Positions 7,679 to 16,173 of a stretch of DNA of 64,000 nt are shown here, piece by piece (the stretch's first letter is position 1; the number at the start of each line of letters is the position of its first letter). Below the pieces are notes generated by a model that saw only the letters and a program-made list of their open reading frames with translations, was not told the origin of the DNA and did not search any database. Source of the DNA: Candidatus Scatosoma sp. (GTDB taxonomy: Bacteria; Bacillota; Clostridia; Christensenellales; Borkfalkiaceae); contig JBGVLV010000019.1 of assembly GCA_045124465.1 (NCBI GenBank), positions 1,054 to 65,053 on the forward strand. Direction: 5' to 3'. The position numbers were made by a program, and so were the translations under genes.

Positions 7679-8218
7679 TTATACGTTCTTACCCATTTCG
7701 TAGGCTTGTTTCAAAAGCGCGGGCTTGCCTAAAATCTCGCCCCGCTCCGAAACGCCGTTTCCGAGTATCACGCCTTTCTCCACGCTACCCTCTACACATT
7801 CGGCAAAACCGCGGAAACACGCCAACGTGCCGTCCATCACCGTTTCGCTGTCCTCCGCCGCGGTCGCGATATAATACATATCTTTCCCGACGATCTCCGT
7901 CCACCGCGCCACCGTTCTGTCGATGACCGCTTTGAGCTGGGCGCATATCGAATAGAAATACACGGGGCTTGCCAAAACGATCGCGTCGGCGGCGATCATC
8001 TTTTCCAAGATCTCGCGCATATCGTCGTTGAACGCACACCTGCCCCCGTGGTCGCTGCAAAAATAACAACCCGAACACGGCGCGATCTTCTTTTCCGAAA
8101 CGCGTATTTTCTCCGCGGCGTTACCCGCGTCGAGCGCGCCTTTCATAAACTCGTCGCAAAGAATATCCGAGTTCCCGCCCTTTCTCGGGCTACCCGACAA
8201 AATCAGTACTTTTTTCAT
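7679..8218 (-). CDS. Flavodoxin-like fold NAD(P)H-dependent FMN reductase / iron-sulfur flavoprotein family protein
   Basis: 179-aa ORF with the N-terminus MKKVLILSGSPRKGGNS, the cysteine cluster CSGCYFC, and ASPVYF. Confidence 0.8.
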   Translation of the reverse strand: MKKVLILSGSPRKGGNSDILCDEFMKGALDAGNAAEKIRVSEKKIAPCSGCYFCSDHGGRCAFNDDMREILEKMIAADAIVLASPVYFYSICAQLKAVIDRTVARWTEIVGKDMYYIATAAEDSETVMDGTLACFRGFAECVEGSVEKGVILGNGVSERGEILGKPALLKQAYEMGKNV

Positions 8219-8283
8219 TTCCGTTCTCCTCTCGTTTCCTTTGTAAAATCAAAGCGGGTCAAGCCCGACTTTTCTTTTTCTTC

Positions 8284-8313
8284 ATTATATCACACCACGA
8301 AAACCGAAGTCAA
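8284..8313 (-). promoter_or_regulatory. Candidate sigma-A promoter of the flavoprotein gene
   Basis: Read on the twin at 60382-60411: TTGACT, an 18-nt spacer, then TGaTATAAT. Confidence 0.45.
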
Positions 8314-8366
8314 CTTTTCGCGAACACTTTTCTTGCCCAACCGCATTTTCCGTTTTTGCATAAAAA

Positions 8367-8398
8367 ATATCTTGCCACCACACGGGTAGACAAGATAT
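8367..8398 (-). terminator. Rho-independent terminator of the zinc-ribbon gene
   Basis: Read on the twin at 60297-60328: ATATCTTG...CAAGATAT stem followed by TTTTTT. Confidence 0.6.
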
Positions 8399-8415
8399 TT
8401 TTTCATTTTTTCCGT

Positions 8416-8751
8416 TTAACATAACGCCATAGCCAAGGGGACTTCCGCCACAAGCGACGCCATTAAACTTCCCAAGAAAATCGCAAAAATGAGATAACAC
8501 GCCACGCTGACGATAACGCCGATCAACGCGCCCTTTCCCGCCGACTTCGCTTTTAAAGGCGTTTCGTTCTTCCAGCACAAGTACAAGATCAGTCCGATCA
8601 ACGGGAAGAAAAAGCCCAACACCGCAAAACCCATATTCGGCGCGTCCGGCTTTTGCACCTCGGCTCTCGCTCCCTCCACCTGTCGCCCGCAATACACGCA
8701 AACCACCGCATCGTCGTTGATTTCTTTTCCGCATTTGCTACAATACTTCAT
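8416..8751 (-). CDS. Zinc-ribbon domain membrane protein
   Basis: I moved the start to the ATG at 8751 (GGAGG 6 nt upstream); the track start is 10 codons further up. The protein has a CSKCG...CVYCG zinc ribbon followed by two hydrophobic helices. Confidence 0.75.
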   Translation of the reverse strand: MKYCSKCGKEINDDAVVCVYCGRQVEGARAEVQKPDAPNMGFAVLGFFFPLIGLILYLCWKNETPLKAKSAGKGALIGVIVSVACYLIFAIFLGSLMASLVAEVPLAMALC

Positions 8752-8782
8752 TTGTAGACCTCCAAATTTATTTTGTAACATA

Positions 8783-8811
8783 ATTATATCCTACATTTTG
8801 TAGGAAGTCAA
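8783..8811 (-). promoter_or_regulatory. Candidate sigma-A promoter of the zinc-ribbon gene, with an operator inside the spacer
   Basis: Read on the twin at 59884-59912: TTGACT, a 17-nt spacer, then TATAAT. The spacer is essentially the palindrome CCTACAaaaTGTAGG. Confidence 0.55.
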
Positions 8812-8833
8812 GTGTTTTCCTACATTTTGTAGT
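8790..8833. promoter_or_regulatory. Two copies of a 15-bp palindromic operator-like site (CCTACA-N3-TGTAGG)
   Basis: The site at 8790-8804 (CCTACATTTTGTAGG) is perfect. The site at 8819-8833 (CCTACATTTTGTAGT) has one mismatch. Their centres are 29 bp apart, in the divergent XRE / zinc-ribbon intergenic region. Confidence 0.55.
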
Positions 8834-8844
8834 AAGATAACTTT

Positions 8845-9063
8845 ATGAAAAACAATTATTTTGGCAAAACGTTAAAAGAATTGCGGCTTGAAAAAGGATT
8901 ATCTCAACAGAAATTAGGAGAAATTTTTCACGTTTGCAATCAGACGGTGAGTTTTTGGGAGCTTGGCAGTCGCGAACCCGATTTGGACACGTTGCTCCTT
9001 ATCGCACGGTTTTTCGACGTGACGACGGACTACCTTCTAAACGGCGATACGCTTTCTCTTTAA
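8845..9063 (+). CDS. XRE (Cro/C1-type) helix-turn-helix transcriptional regulator
   Basis: 72-aa ORF with the HTH segment LSQQKLGEIFHVCNQTVSFWELG. No SD is visible upstream of the ATG. Confidence 0.85.
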   Translation: MKNNYFGKTLKELRLEKGLSQQKLGEIFHVCNQTVSFWELGSREPDLDTLLLIARFFDVTTDYLLNGDTLSL

Positions 9064-9106
9064 AAACGCGCCGAGAAAACTTGCCTTCGATACGAAAGAC
9101 AAAAAA

Positions 9107-9137
9107 ATATCCCGTCGGGAAAATCCCGACGGGATAT
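9107..9137. terminator. Bidirectional terminator between convergent XRE and PEPCK genes
   Basis: ATATCCCGTCGGG-aaaat-CCCGACGGGATAT, flanked by an A7 run and a T-rich run. Confidence 0.7.
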
Positions 9138-9151
9138 TTGTTCACGAAATA

Positions 9152-10942
9152 TTATTTCGCGCAGTTCTTTTTGAGGATTTCGAGATTTTCCATGATCTCT
9201 TTCGGCATCTTGTCGCCGAAGTTTTCCGCATAGTACTTCTCGATCTCTTCCGCCTCTGCCGCCCAGCGCGCTTTGTCTACGACAAGGAGCTTGTCGAGCG
9301 TAGCCGCGTCGATATCGCAGTTCTCGATGTTGATGTCTTTCGCATAGGGAAGATAACCGATCGCCGTTTCCTGCGCGTCTACCTTATCTTCGCAACGATC
9401 CAAGATCCAGTCGAGCACGCGCATATTGTCGCCGAATCCGGGCCACATAAAGTTCCCGTTCTCGTCCTGACGGAACCAGTTTACGTTGAAGATCTTGGGC
9501 TGTTTGCTCTTCTCGACCTTCGCGCCCATATCGATCCAGTGCTGGAAGTACTGATCTACCGAGTAGCCCATGAAAGGTTTCATAGCCATCGGATCGTGAC
9601 GGAGCACGCCGACCGCACCGGTAGCCGCCGCCGTCGTTTCGGACGACATGATCGTTCCGACGAACGTACCGTGGTTCCAGTCTCTCGACTGATATACGAG
9701 CGGGGTGGTCGTCGCGCGACGTCCGCCGAAGATGATCGCGGAAAGAGGTACGCCCGCTTTGGAGTTGAACTCGGGCGAGATGCAAGGGCAGTTCTCCGCG
9801 GGAGCGGTGAAACGGGAGTTGGGATGCGCCGCGGGGTGCTTGCCGTCCGCGTTCATATCGGGCGTCCATTCGTTACCCTTCCAGTCGATGAGGTGCTTAG
9901 GCGCCTCTTTCGTAAGTTTTTCCCACCAAACGGTGCCGTCCTCGGGGTTGTAAGCCACGTTCGTGAAGATCGTGCCTTTCTTCGTGGACGCCAAAGCGTT
10001 GGGGTTGGATTTTTCGTTCGTACCGGGCGCAACGCCGAAGAAACCGTTTTCGGGGTTCGCAGCCCAAAGTCTGCCGTCCTCGCCTACGCGGATCCAAGCG
10101 ATGTCGTCGCCGACGCATTGTACTTTATAGCCCGCGTCGAGGTACTGCTTGGGAGGAATGAGCATTGCAAGGTTGGTCTTACCGCAAGCGGAAGGGAACG
10201 CAGCCGCAACGTATTTCATTTCCTTGTCCTGAGGGCGCTTTACGCCGAGAATGAGCATATGCTCCGCCATCCAGCCCTCTTTTCTGCCGAGGTTGGTCGC
10301 GATACGGAGCGCGAAACACTTCTTGCCGAGGAGCACGTTACCGCCGTAAGCGGAGTTCACGGAAATGATCGTGTTGTCTTCGGGGAAGTGCATGATATAT
10401 CTCTTTTCGGGGTCTACGTTACATTTCGCGTGGAAACCCTTGACGAAATCGCCGTCAACGCCGAGCTGGTCGAGGCACATTTTGCCTACTCTCGTCATGA
10501 TCATCATGTTGAGAACGACGTAGATGGAATCGGTGATCTCGATACCGATCTTGGAGAAAGGCGAACCGACAACGCCCATCGAATAAGGGATAACGTACAT
10601 CGTTCTGCCCTTGTAAGCGCCTTTCGCGATCTCGTTGACCATCGCGTACGCGTCCTTGGGGGCTTTCCACTTAACGATGGAATGAGGGAGCGCGTCCTCT
10701 TCGTTCTCGCAGCAGATGAACGTTCTGTCCTCTACGCGCGCAACGTCGTTTTCCGCGGTACGGTGATAGTAGCAGTCGGGAAGAAGTTCCTGATTGAGCT
10801 TAATGATCTCGCCCGTAGCGCAAGCCTCTTCGCGGAGCTGATCTCTCTGCGCGTCGCTGCCGTCGATCCAAACGACTTTGTCGGGCTGTGCAAACGCCTG
10901 ACAGTCCGCTACGAATTGAAGAACTTTCTTGTTGTTAGTCAT
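9152..10942 (-). CDS. pck: Phosphoenolpyruvate carboxykinase (GTP)
   Basis: 596-aa ORF with the GTP-PEPCK P-loop FPSACGKTN. Its length and overall pattern are typical of the GTP-dependent family. Confidence 0.95.
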   Translation of the reverse strand: MTNNKKVLQFVADCQAFAQPDKVVWIDGSDAQRDQLREEACATGEIIKLNQELLPDCYYHRTAENDVARVEDRTFICCENEEDALPHSIVKWKAPKDAYAMVNEIAKGAYKGRTMYVIPYSMGVVGSPFSKIGIEITDSIYVVLNMMIMTRVGKMCLDQLGVDGDFVKGFHAKCNVDPEKRYIMHFPEDNTIISVNSAYGGNVLLGKKCFALRIATNLGRKEGWMAEHMLILGVKRPQDKEMKYVAAAFPSACGKTNLAMLIPPKQYLDAGYKVQCVGDDIAWIRVGEDGRLWAANPENGFFGVAPGTNEKSNPNALASTKKGTIFTNVAYNPEDGTVWWEKLTKEAPKHLIDWKGNEWTPDMNADGKHPAAHPNSRFTAPAENCPCISPEFNSKAGVPLSAIIFGGRRATTTPLVYQSRDWNHGTFVGTIMSSETTAAATGAVGVLRHDPMAMKPFMGYSVDQYFQHWIDMGAKVEKSKQPKIFNVNWFRQDENGNFMWPGFGDNMRVLDWILDRCEDKVDAQETAIGYLPYAKDINIENCDIDAATLDKLLVVDKARWAAEAEEIEKYYAENFGDKMPKEIMENLEILKKNCAK

Positions 10943-11034
10943 AGTTTATCTCCTTAAAATGTTATTATTTTTTCTCTTGAATTTGCTTTGGCGAAATTTG
11001 GAAAATCTGAAAATCCCCTATTTCCACCAAATAC

Positions 11035-11063
11035 ATTATACCATAAAAAAAATCGATTGTAAA
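11035..11063 (-). promoter_or_regulatory. Candidate sigma-A promoter of pck
   Basis: Read on the twin at 57632-57660: TTTACA, a 17-nt spacer, then TGgTATAAT. Confidence 0.5.
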
Positions 11064-11093
11064 CAGTTTTTTGAAAAATTTTTCGAATAATTC

Positions 11094-11143
11094 AAAAAAA
11101 GGTGGCAGTCCCCTCTTGTAATTTTCCGAAAGCGTGATAAACT
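11094..11143 (+). promoter_or_regulatory. Candidate promoter of the 97-aa gene, preceded by an A-tract plus GTGGCAGT element
   Basis: The order is A7 (11094-11100), GTGGCAGT (11102-11109), 6 nt, TTGTAA (11116-11121), a 16-nt spacer, then TGaTAAACT (-10 at 11138-11143). The leuA promoter has the same A-tract/GTGGCAGT/6 nt/TTG architecture. Confidence 0.4.
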
Positions 11144-11179
11144 ATTTGCGCTACTTACCCAAAAACAGGAGGAACTTCT

Positions 11180-11473
11180 ATGAAAAACAAATACACCGAC
11201 AACCGTCTTGCGGAGGAATTCGATCTCATCGTCCTCACCAACGACGCCCACCTTTCCAAAGGTCTGCCCACGGGTAGCTTGGGAACGCTCACCTATTCGT
11301 ATACGGGTCTGGGCAGACCGATGTACGGCGAGTTCGAGCTTGCGGACGGCGAACGCGTGGAAGAACCGCTGAAATTCCGCGACTTCCGCGTACTCGACGA
11401 GAAGAACGAACGCGACCTTTCCCTTATTATGACCTATCTTTTGTCCCGTCAACCGCTCAAAAGGAAAGCTTAA
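11180..11473 (+). CDS. Hypothetical small protein (97 aa)
   Basis: SD AGGAGG lies 6 nt upstream of the ATG and the gene is monocistronic between pck and proB. No family is recognised. Confidence 0.6.
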   Translation: MKNKYTDNRLAEEFDLIVLTNDAHLSKGLPTGSLGTLTYSYTGLGRPMYGEFELADGERVEEPLKFRDFRVLDEKNERDLSLIMTYLLSRQPLKRKA

Positions 11474-11507
11474 CGCGATTTTCCCGCGTTTTCGTGCCCG
11501 TCCGCGC

Positions 11508-11536
11508 TTGACAAACCCGACTTTATACGTTATACT
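11508..11536 (+). promoter_or_regulatory. Candidate sigma-A promoter of proBAC
   Basis: TTGACA (11508-11513), a 17-nt spacer, then TATACT (11531-11536). Confidence 0.5.
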
Positions 11537-11595
11537 ATATAATAAATAACCATCGAGAAAATCTTTTATTCCGCGGTCTTGTATCGGGAAAAGGA

Positions 11596-12375
11596 ATGGA
11601 AACGAATATGAGATTAGTCATAAAAGTGGGCACTTCCACGTTGGCGCACGCGACGGGGCGCTTGAATATCCGGCTTACGGGCGAGCTGTGCCGCGTGATA
11701 AGCGATCTGAAAAACGCGGGCAACGAGGTCGTACTCGTATCCTCGGGCGCGATCGGCATGGGCGTGGGCAAACTCGCGCTCAAAGAACGGCCCGCCGATA
11801 TTCCCACCAAACAGGCGGCGGCGGCGGTCGGTCAATGCGAACTGATGTACACGTACGATCGGTTGTTCGCCGAATACGGTCACACCGTCGCGCAAATCCT
11901 GCTCACGGGTTCGGATTTCACGGCGGACGACAGGCACGAGAATTTCAACAACACCATCAAACGGCTCTTGGAGCTGGGCGCATTGCCCGTCGTCAACGAG
12001 AACGACACCATCGCGACGGAAGAGATCAAGGTCGGCGACAACGACACCCTCTCCGCTTTGGTGGCGGTGAGCGTGAAAGCGGATCTTCTCGTCATCTTGT
12101 CGGACGTGGACGGTCTGTATTCCGCCGACCCGCATAAAGACGGGAACGCGAAACTCATCGAGGAAGTGCGCGGAGTATCGGAAGAAACGCTCGCGCTCGC
12201 GGGCGGCGCGGGTTCGGCACTCGGCACGGGCGGTATGAAAACCAAGCTCAAAGCGGCGCAATTATGCGGTGCGGCGGGTTGCGACATGGTCATCGCGAAC
12301 GGCGAAGACCCCGAACTTTTATACGACATCGTAACAGGCAAGAAAGGCGGCTACACGCGGTTTTTCGCAAAATGA
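11596..12375 (+). CDS. proB: Glutamate 5-kinase (short form, no PUA domain)
   Basis: 259-aa ORF with VIKVGTSTL, VSSGAIGMG and NENDT motifs. The start could instead be the ATG at 11608. Confidence 0.9.
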   Translation: METNMRLVIKVGTSTLAHATGRLNIRLTGELCRVISDLKNAGNEVVLVSSGAIGMGVGKLALKERPADIPTKQAAAAVGQCELMYTYDRLFAEYGHTVAQILLTGSDFTADDRHENFNNTIKRLLELGALPVVNENDTIATEEIKVGDNDTLSALVAVSVKADLLVILSDVDGLYSADPHKDGNAKLIEEVRGVSEETLALAGGAGSALGTGGMKTKLKAAQLCGAAGCDMVIANGEDPELLYDIVTGKKGGYTRFFAK

Positions 12376-12394
12376 TCCCGACGGGAGGTAAGAT

Positions 12395-13660
12395 ATGATC
12401 CGAACGACGCAAGAAATTTTAACGGCGGCGAAAGCGGCGTCGCGGGAGGCGGCTCTGCTCACCGAAAGCCGAAAGAACGAGGCTCTGCTCCTGATGGCGG
12501 ACGCGCTCGAACGGGGTGCGGCGGAGATCTTGCAGGCAAACCTCGCCGATCTCGAAAACGCCAAAGGCGTTCTGCCCGAAGTAATGCTCGATCGGCTCCG
12601 TCTGGACGAGAACCGTATTTCGGCTATGGCGAAAGGGATCCGCGAGGTCGCGGCTCTGCCCGATCCCGTCGGGGCCGTACTCGAACGGAACGCGCTCAAA
12701 AACGGGCTGTCCGTTTCCAAAATACGCGTGCCGCTCGGCGTGATCGGTATCATTTACGAGAGCCGACCCAACGTCACCTCGGACGCGGCGGCGCTCTGTT
12801 TCAAGAGCGGGAACGTATGTATCCTGCGCGGCGGCAAGGACGCTTACCACTCCTCCGCGGCGATCGTGCGGCTGCTCCGCGGCGCGCTCAAAGCGGCGGG
12901 CGTGAACGAAAATTTCGTCAACCTGCCCGACGATACTTCCCGACGGAGCGCGAACGAGCTGATGGCCGCGGTCGGGTACGTGGACGCGCTCATTCCCCGC
13001 GGCGGCGCGGGGCTTATCCGCTCGTGCGTGGAGAACGCGAAAGTTCCCTGTATACAAACGGGAACGGGCATCTGCCACGTATACGTGGATAAGGACGCGG
13101 ACTTTTCCAAGGCGCTCGACATCATCGACAACGCCAAGACCTCCCGCCCTTCCGTGTGCAACGCCGAAGAGGTCTGTCTTGTACACGAGGCGGTCGCGGA
13201 AAAATTCCTGCCCCTGTTGAAAGCGCGGCTCGTGGACAGCCGTATCGCGGCGGGGCTTGTTCCCGTGGAACTTCGGACGGACGGGAATGCGTACGCGCTC
13301 ATCGGCGGTACGAAAGCGGGCGAAAACGATTTCGACACCGAGTTCCTCGACTATATCCTCGCCGTCAAGGTCGTATCGGACGCGGACGAGGCGATCGCGC
13401 ATATCGCGCGGCACTCGACGGGGCATAGCGACTGTATCGTGACGAGGAATACGGAAACGGCGGACAAATTCGCGCTCGCGGTGGACAGCGCGGCGGTCTA
13501 TATCAACGCCTCCACCCGTTTCACCGACGGCGGCGAGTTCGGCAAGGGTTGCGAGATCGGTATTTCCACCCAAAAACTCCACGCGCGCGGACCGATGGGC
13601 TTGGAGGAACTTACTTCCTACAAATACGTGATCCGCGGTAACGGACAGATACGAAAATAA
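12395..13660 (+). CDS. proA: Glutamate-5-semialdehyde dehydrogenase
   Basis: 421-aa ORF with aldehyde dehydrogenase-like features and the catalytic Cys context SVCNAEE. Confidence 0.95.
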   Translation: MIRTTQEILTAAKAASREAALLTESRKNEALLLMADALERGAAEILQANLADLENAKGVLPEVMLDRLRLDENRISAMAKGIREVAALPDPVGAVLERNALKNGLSVSKIRVPLGVIGIIYESRPNVTSDAAALCFKSGNVCILRGGKDAYHSSAAIVRLLRGALKAAGVNENFVNLPDDTSRRSANELMAAVGYVDALIPRGGAGLIRSCVENAKVPCIQTGTGICHVYVDKDADFSKALDIIDNAKTSRPSVCNAEEVCLVHEAVAEKFLPLLKARLVDSRIAAGLVPVELRTDGNAYALIGGTKAGENDFDTEFLDYILAVKVVSDADEAIAHIARHSTGHSDCIVTRNTETADKFALAVDSAAVYINASTRFTDGGEFGKGCEIGISTQKLHARGPMGLEELTSYKYVIRGNGQIRK

Positions 13661-13672
13661 GGAGAAAACACT

Positions 13673-14467
13673 ATGAACTACATACTCGGTTTTATCGGTT
13701 GCGGCAATATGGGCGGCGCGCTCGCCCGCGCGGCGGCGAAAGCGGTCGGCGGCGAGAATATCGCGGTCAACGACTATTGCGAAGAAAAGGCGCAAACGCT
13801 CGCGAGCGAAACGGGCGCTGCCGTTCTCCCCTCTGCGGAGCTTGTCAAAGCCTGTAAATTCGTCGTTCTCGGCGTGAAACCGCAGACGATGGAACAGACC
13901 CTCGCCCCCCTTTCGGACGTGCTGAAAGCGCAAAAGAACGTCGTTGTCACGATGGCGGCGGGCGTTTCGATCGCGGCGATACGCCGTTTTATCGGCGCGG
14001 AACTGCCCGTGATCCGCATTATGCCCAACACCGCCGCGCTCGTGGGAGAAGGTATGATCTTATACGACTGCGCGGACGTTTCCGACTCCGACGAGAAAGC
14101 CTTCCTCGACTGTTTTTCAAAGGCGGGCGCGCTCGATAAACTGCCAGAGGACAAGATCGACGCGGCAAGCGCGTTGTCCGGTTGCGGACCGGCGTTCGTC
14201 TACGCGTTCGCGGAGGCGCTCGCGGACGGCGCGGTGGAATGCGGCGTACCCCGCGACAAGGCGGCGAAATACGCCGCCCAGACCTTGCTCGGCTCGGCGA
14301 AAATGTTGCTCGAATACGGACACCCGAGCGATCTCAAAGACGCGGTATGCTCCCCCGGCGGCACGACCATCGCGGGTATGCACGCGCTCGAAAAGGCGGG
14401 ATTCCGTTCGGCGGCGATGGACGCGGTGACGGCGGCGTACAAACGCACGCTCGAACTCAAAAAATAA
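13673..14467 (+). CDS. proC: Pyrroline-5-carboxylate reductase
   Basis: 264-aa ORF with the Rossmann motif FIGCGNMGGAL and the C-terminal SPGGTT motif. Confidence 0.95.
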   Translation: MNYILGFIGCGNMGGALARAAAKAVGGENIAVNDYCEEKAQTLASETGAAVLPSAELVKACKFVVLGVKPQTMEQTLAPLSDVLKAQKNVVVTMAAGVSIAAIRRFIGAELPVIRIMPNTAALVGEGMILYDCADVSDSDEKAFLDCFSKAGALDKLPEDKIDAASALSGCGPAFVYAFAEALADGAVECGVPRDKAAKYAAQTLLGSAKMLLEYGHPSDLKDAVCSPGGTTIAGMHALEKAGFRSAAMDAVTAAYKRTLELKK

Positions 14468-14487
14468 AAACGTACGGAAAACGAAAG

Positions 14488-14522
14488 GGGCAGGTATGCG
14501 TTCATTCAACGCATACCTGCCC
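14488..14522. terminator. Bidirectional terminator between convergent proC and ridA
   Basis: GGGCAGGTATGCGTT-cattc-AACGCATACCTGCCC forms a 15-bp perfect stem. Confidence 0.75.
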
Positions 14523-14541
14523 TTCTTGTATTCTTTTTATC

Positions 14542-14919
14542 TCAAAGCGCGGCGACGACTTCCACTTCCACTTTTACGCCCTTGGGAAGGTCTTTCACCG
14601 CAACGCAGCTGCGCGCGGGTTTGGTCGTGAAATACTTCGCGTATACTTCGTTGAACGCCGCGAAATCGCCGATGTCGGCGAGGAAACAGGTGGTCTTGAC
14701 CGCCTTTTCGAACGAACTGCCCGCCGCGCTCAAAACTTCGCCGAGGTTTTTCATCACCTGTTCGGTCTGTTCCGCGATCGTCGCCGTTTCCACGTTGCCC
14801 GTCGCGGGGTTAATGGGGATCTGCCCCGAAGTGAACACCAGTTCCCCGCACACGATCGCCTGCGAATACGGACCGATCGCCGCGGGAGCTTTTTCCGTCG
14901 ATACTTTTTTCAGTTGCAT
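14542..14919 (-). CDS. ridA: RidA (YjgF/TdcF) family reactive enamine/imine deaminase
   Basis: 125-aa ORF with APAAIGPYSQA and a C-terminal PKGVKVEVE segment. It starts 13 nt downstream of ilvA. Confidence 0.9.
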   Translation of the reverse strand: MQLKKVSTEKAPAAIGPYSQAIVCGELVFTSGQIPINPATGNVETATIAEQTEQVMKNLGEVLSAAGSSFEKAVKTTCFLADIGDFAAFNEVYAKYFTTKPARSCVAVKDLPKGVKVEVEVVAAL

Positions 14920-14932
14920 ACGATAATTCTCC

Positions 14933-16126
14933 TTATAACAATTTAAAACCGAAATCGGTCAACGCTTTCTTGATCTGCGCGATATGCTCGAAGTTACGCG
15001 TTTCGAGAATGATACGCAAATAACAGCCGTTGACGTCCGACCCCTCGTTCGCGCGCTCGTGGTGTACGGAAGTGACGTTGCCGCCGAGGTCGGCGATGAT
15101 ACGGGACACGTTTTTGAGCTGACCGGGTTTGTCCATAAGCTCGATCATAAGCTGGCAATTTCTGCCCGACATCAGAAGTCCGCGCTTGATGACGCGGGAA
15201 AGAATGGTCACGTCGATATTGCCGCCCGAAAGCACGCACACCGCTTTCTTGCCTTTGAGATCGACCTTGCTGAACATCGCCGCCGCCACGGACACCGCGC
15301 CCGCGCCTTCGGTGACGAGTTTATGCTGTTCCATAAGCGCGAGGATCGCCGCCGAGATCTCGTCGTCGGACACCGTAACGATCTCGTCCACGTACTTTTG
15401 ACAAAGTTCGTACGTGTTCTCGCCCGGCTTTTTCACCGCGATACCGTCCGCGATCGTGGATACGGAAGGCAGTTCCTCTATCTTCCCGTCCGCGACCGAA
15501 TTCTTCATCGACGGCGCGCCCGCCGCCTGTACGCCGTAAACCTTGATCTTCGGGTTTATGGTCTTGATCGTGTACGCGATCCCCGAGATCAGTCCGCCGC
15601 CGCCGATGGGTACGAGCACCGCGTCCAGATCGGAGATCTGCTCGACGAGTTCGAGCGCGATCGTGCCTTGACCCGCGATGACGTCCTCGTCGTCGAAGGG
15701 GTGGATAAAGGTGTACCCTTTCTCGTCGCGGAGCTGTAACGCGCGGTTATACGCGTCGTCGTAAACGCCCTCGACCAGACACACTTCCGCGCCGTAGCTC
15801 TTGGTCGCCTCGACCTTGGAGATGGGCGCGCCGTCGGGCAGACAGATGACGGCTTTTATGCCGTTCTTTTTTGCCGCCAGCGCAACGCCCTGCGCGTGGT
15901 TGCCCGCCGAACAGGCGATGACGCCGCGCGCCTTTTCCTCGTCGGAAAGGCGGGTCATCTTATAGTACGCGCCGCGTACCTTGAACGAACCCGTGACTTG
16001 CAGGTTCTCCGTTTTCAAATACAGATCCGCGCCCGGACAAAGCTTGGGCGCATAGATCACGTCCGTTTTCCGTATCACGCCTTTGAGCGCGTTGCTCGCT
16101 CTGTAAACGTTGTCGATCGTCAACAT
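14933..16126 (-). CDS. ilvA: Threonine ammonia-lyase (threonine dehydratase) with one C-terminal regulatory ACT-like domain
   Basis: 397-aa ORF with the PLP-lysine motif SFKVRGA and a GGGGL loop. Confidence 0.93.
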   Translation of the reverse strand: MLTIDNVYRASNALKGVIRKTDVIYAPKLCPGADLYLKTENLQVTGSFKVRGAYYKMTRLSDEEKARGVIACSAGNHAQGVALAAKKNGIKAVICLPDGAPISKVEATKSYGAEVCLVEGVYDDAYNRALQLRDEKGYTFIHPFDDEDVIAGQGTIALELVEQISDLDAVLVPIGGGGLISGIAYTIKTINPKIKVYGVQAAGAPSMKNSVADGKIEELPSVSTIADGIAVKKPGENTYELCQKYVDEIVTVSDDEISAAILALMEQHKLVTEGAGAVSVAAAMFSKVDLKGKKAVCVLSGGNIDVTILSRVIKRGLLMSGRNCQLMIELMDKPGQLKNVSRIIADLGGNVTSVHHERANEGSDVNGCYLRIILETRNFEHIAQIKKALTDFGFKLL

Positions 16127-16173
16127 ATTTTTTTACCTCTTTATTACATTCGTCGCATACTTGGTATGCCCGT

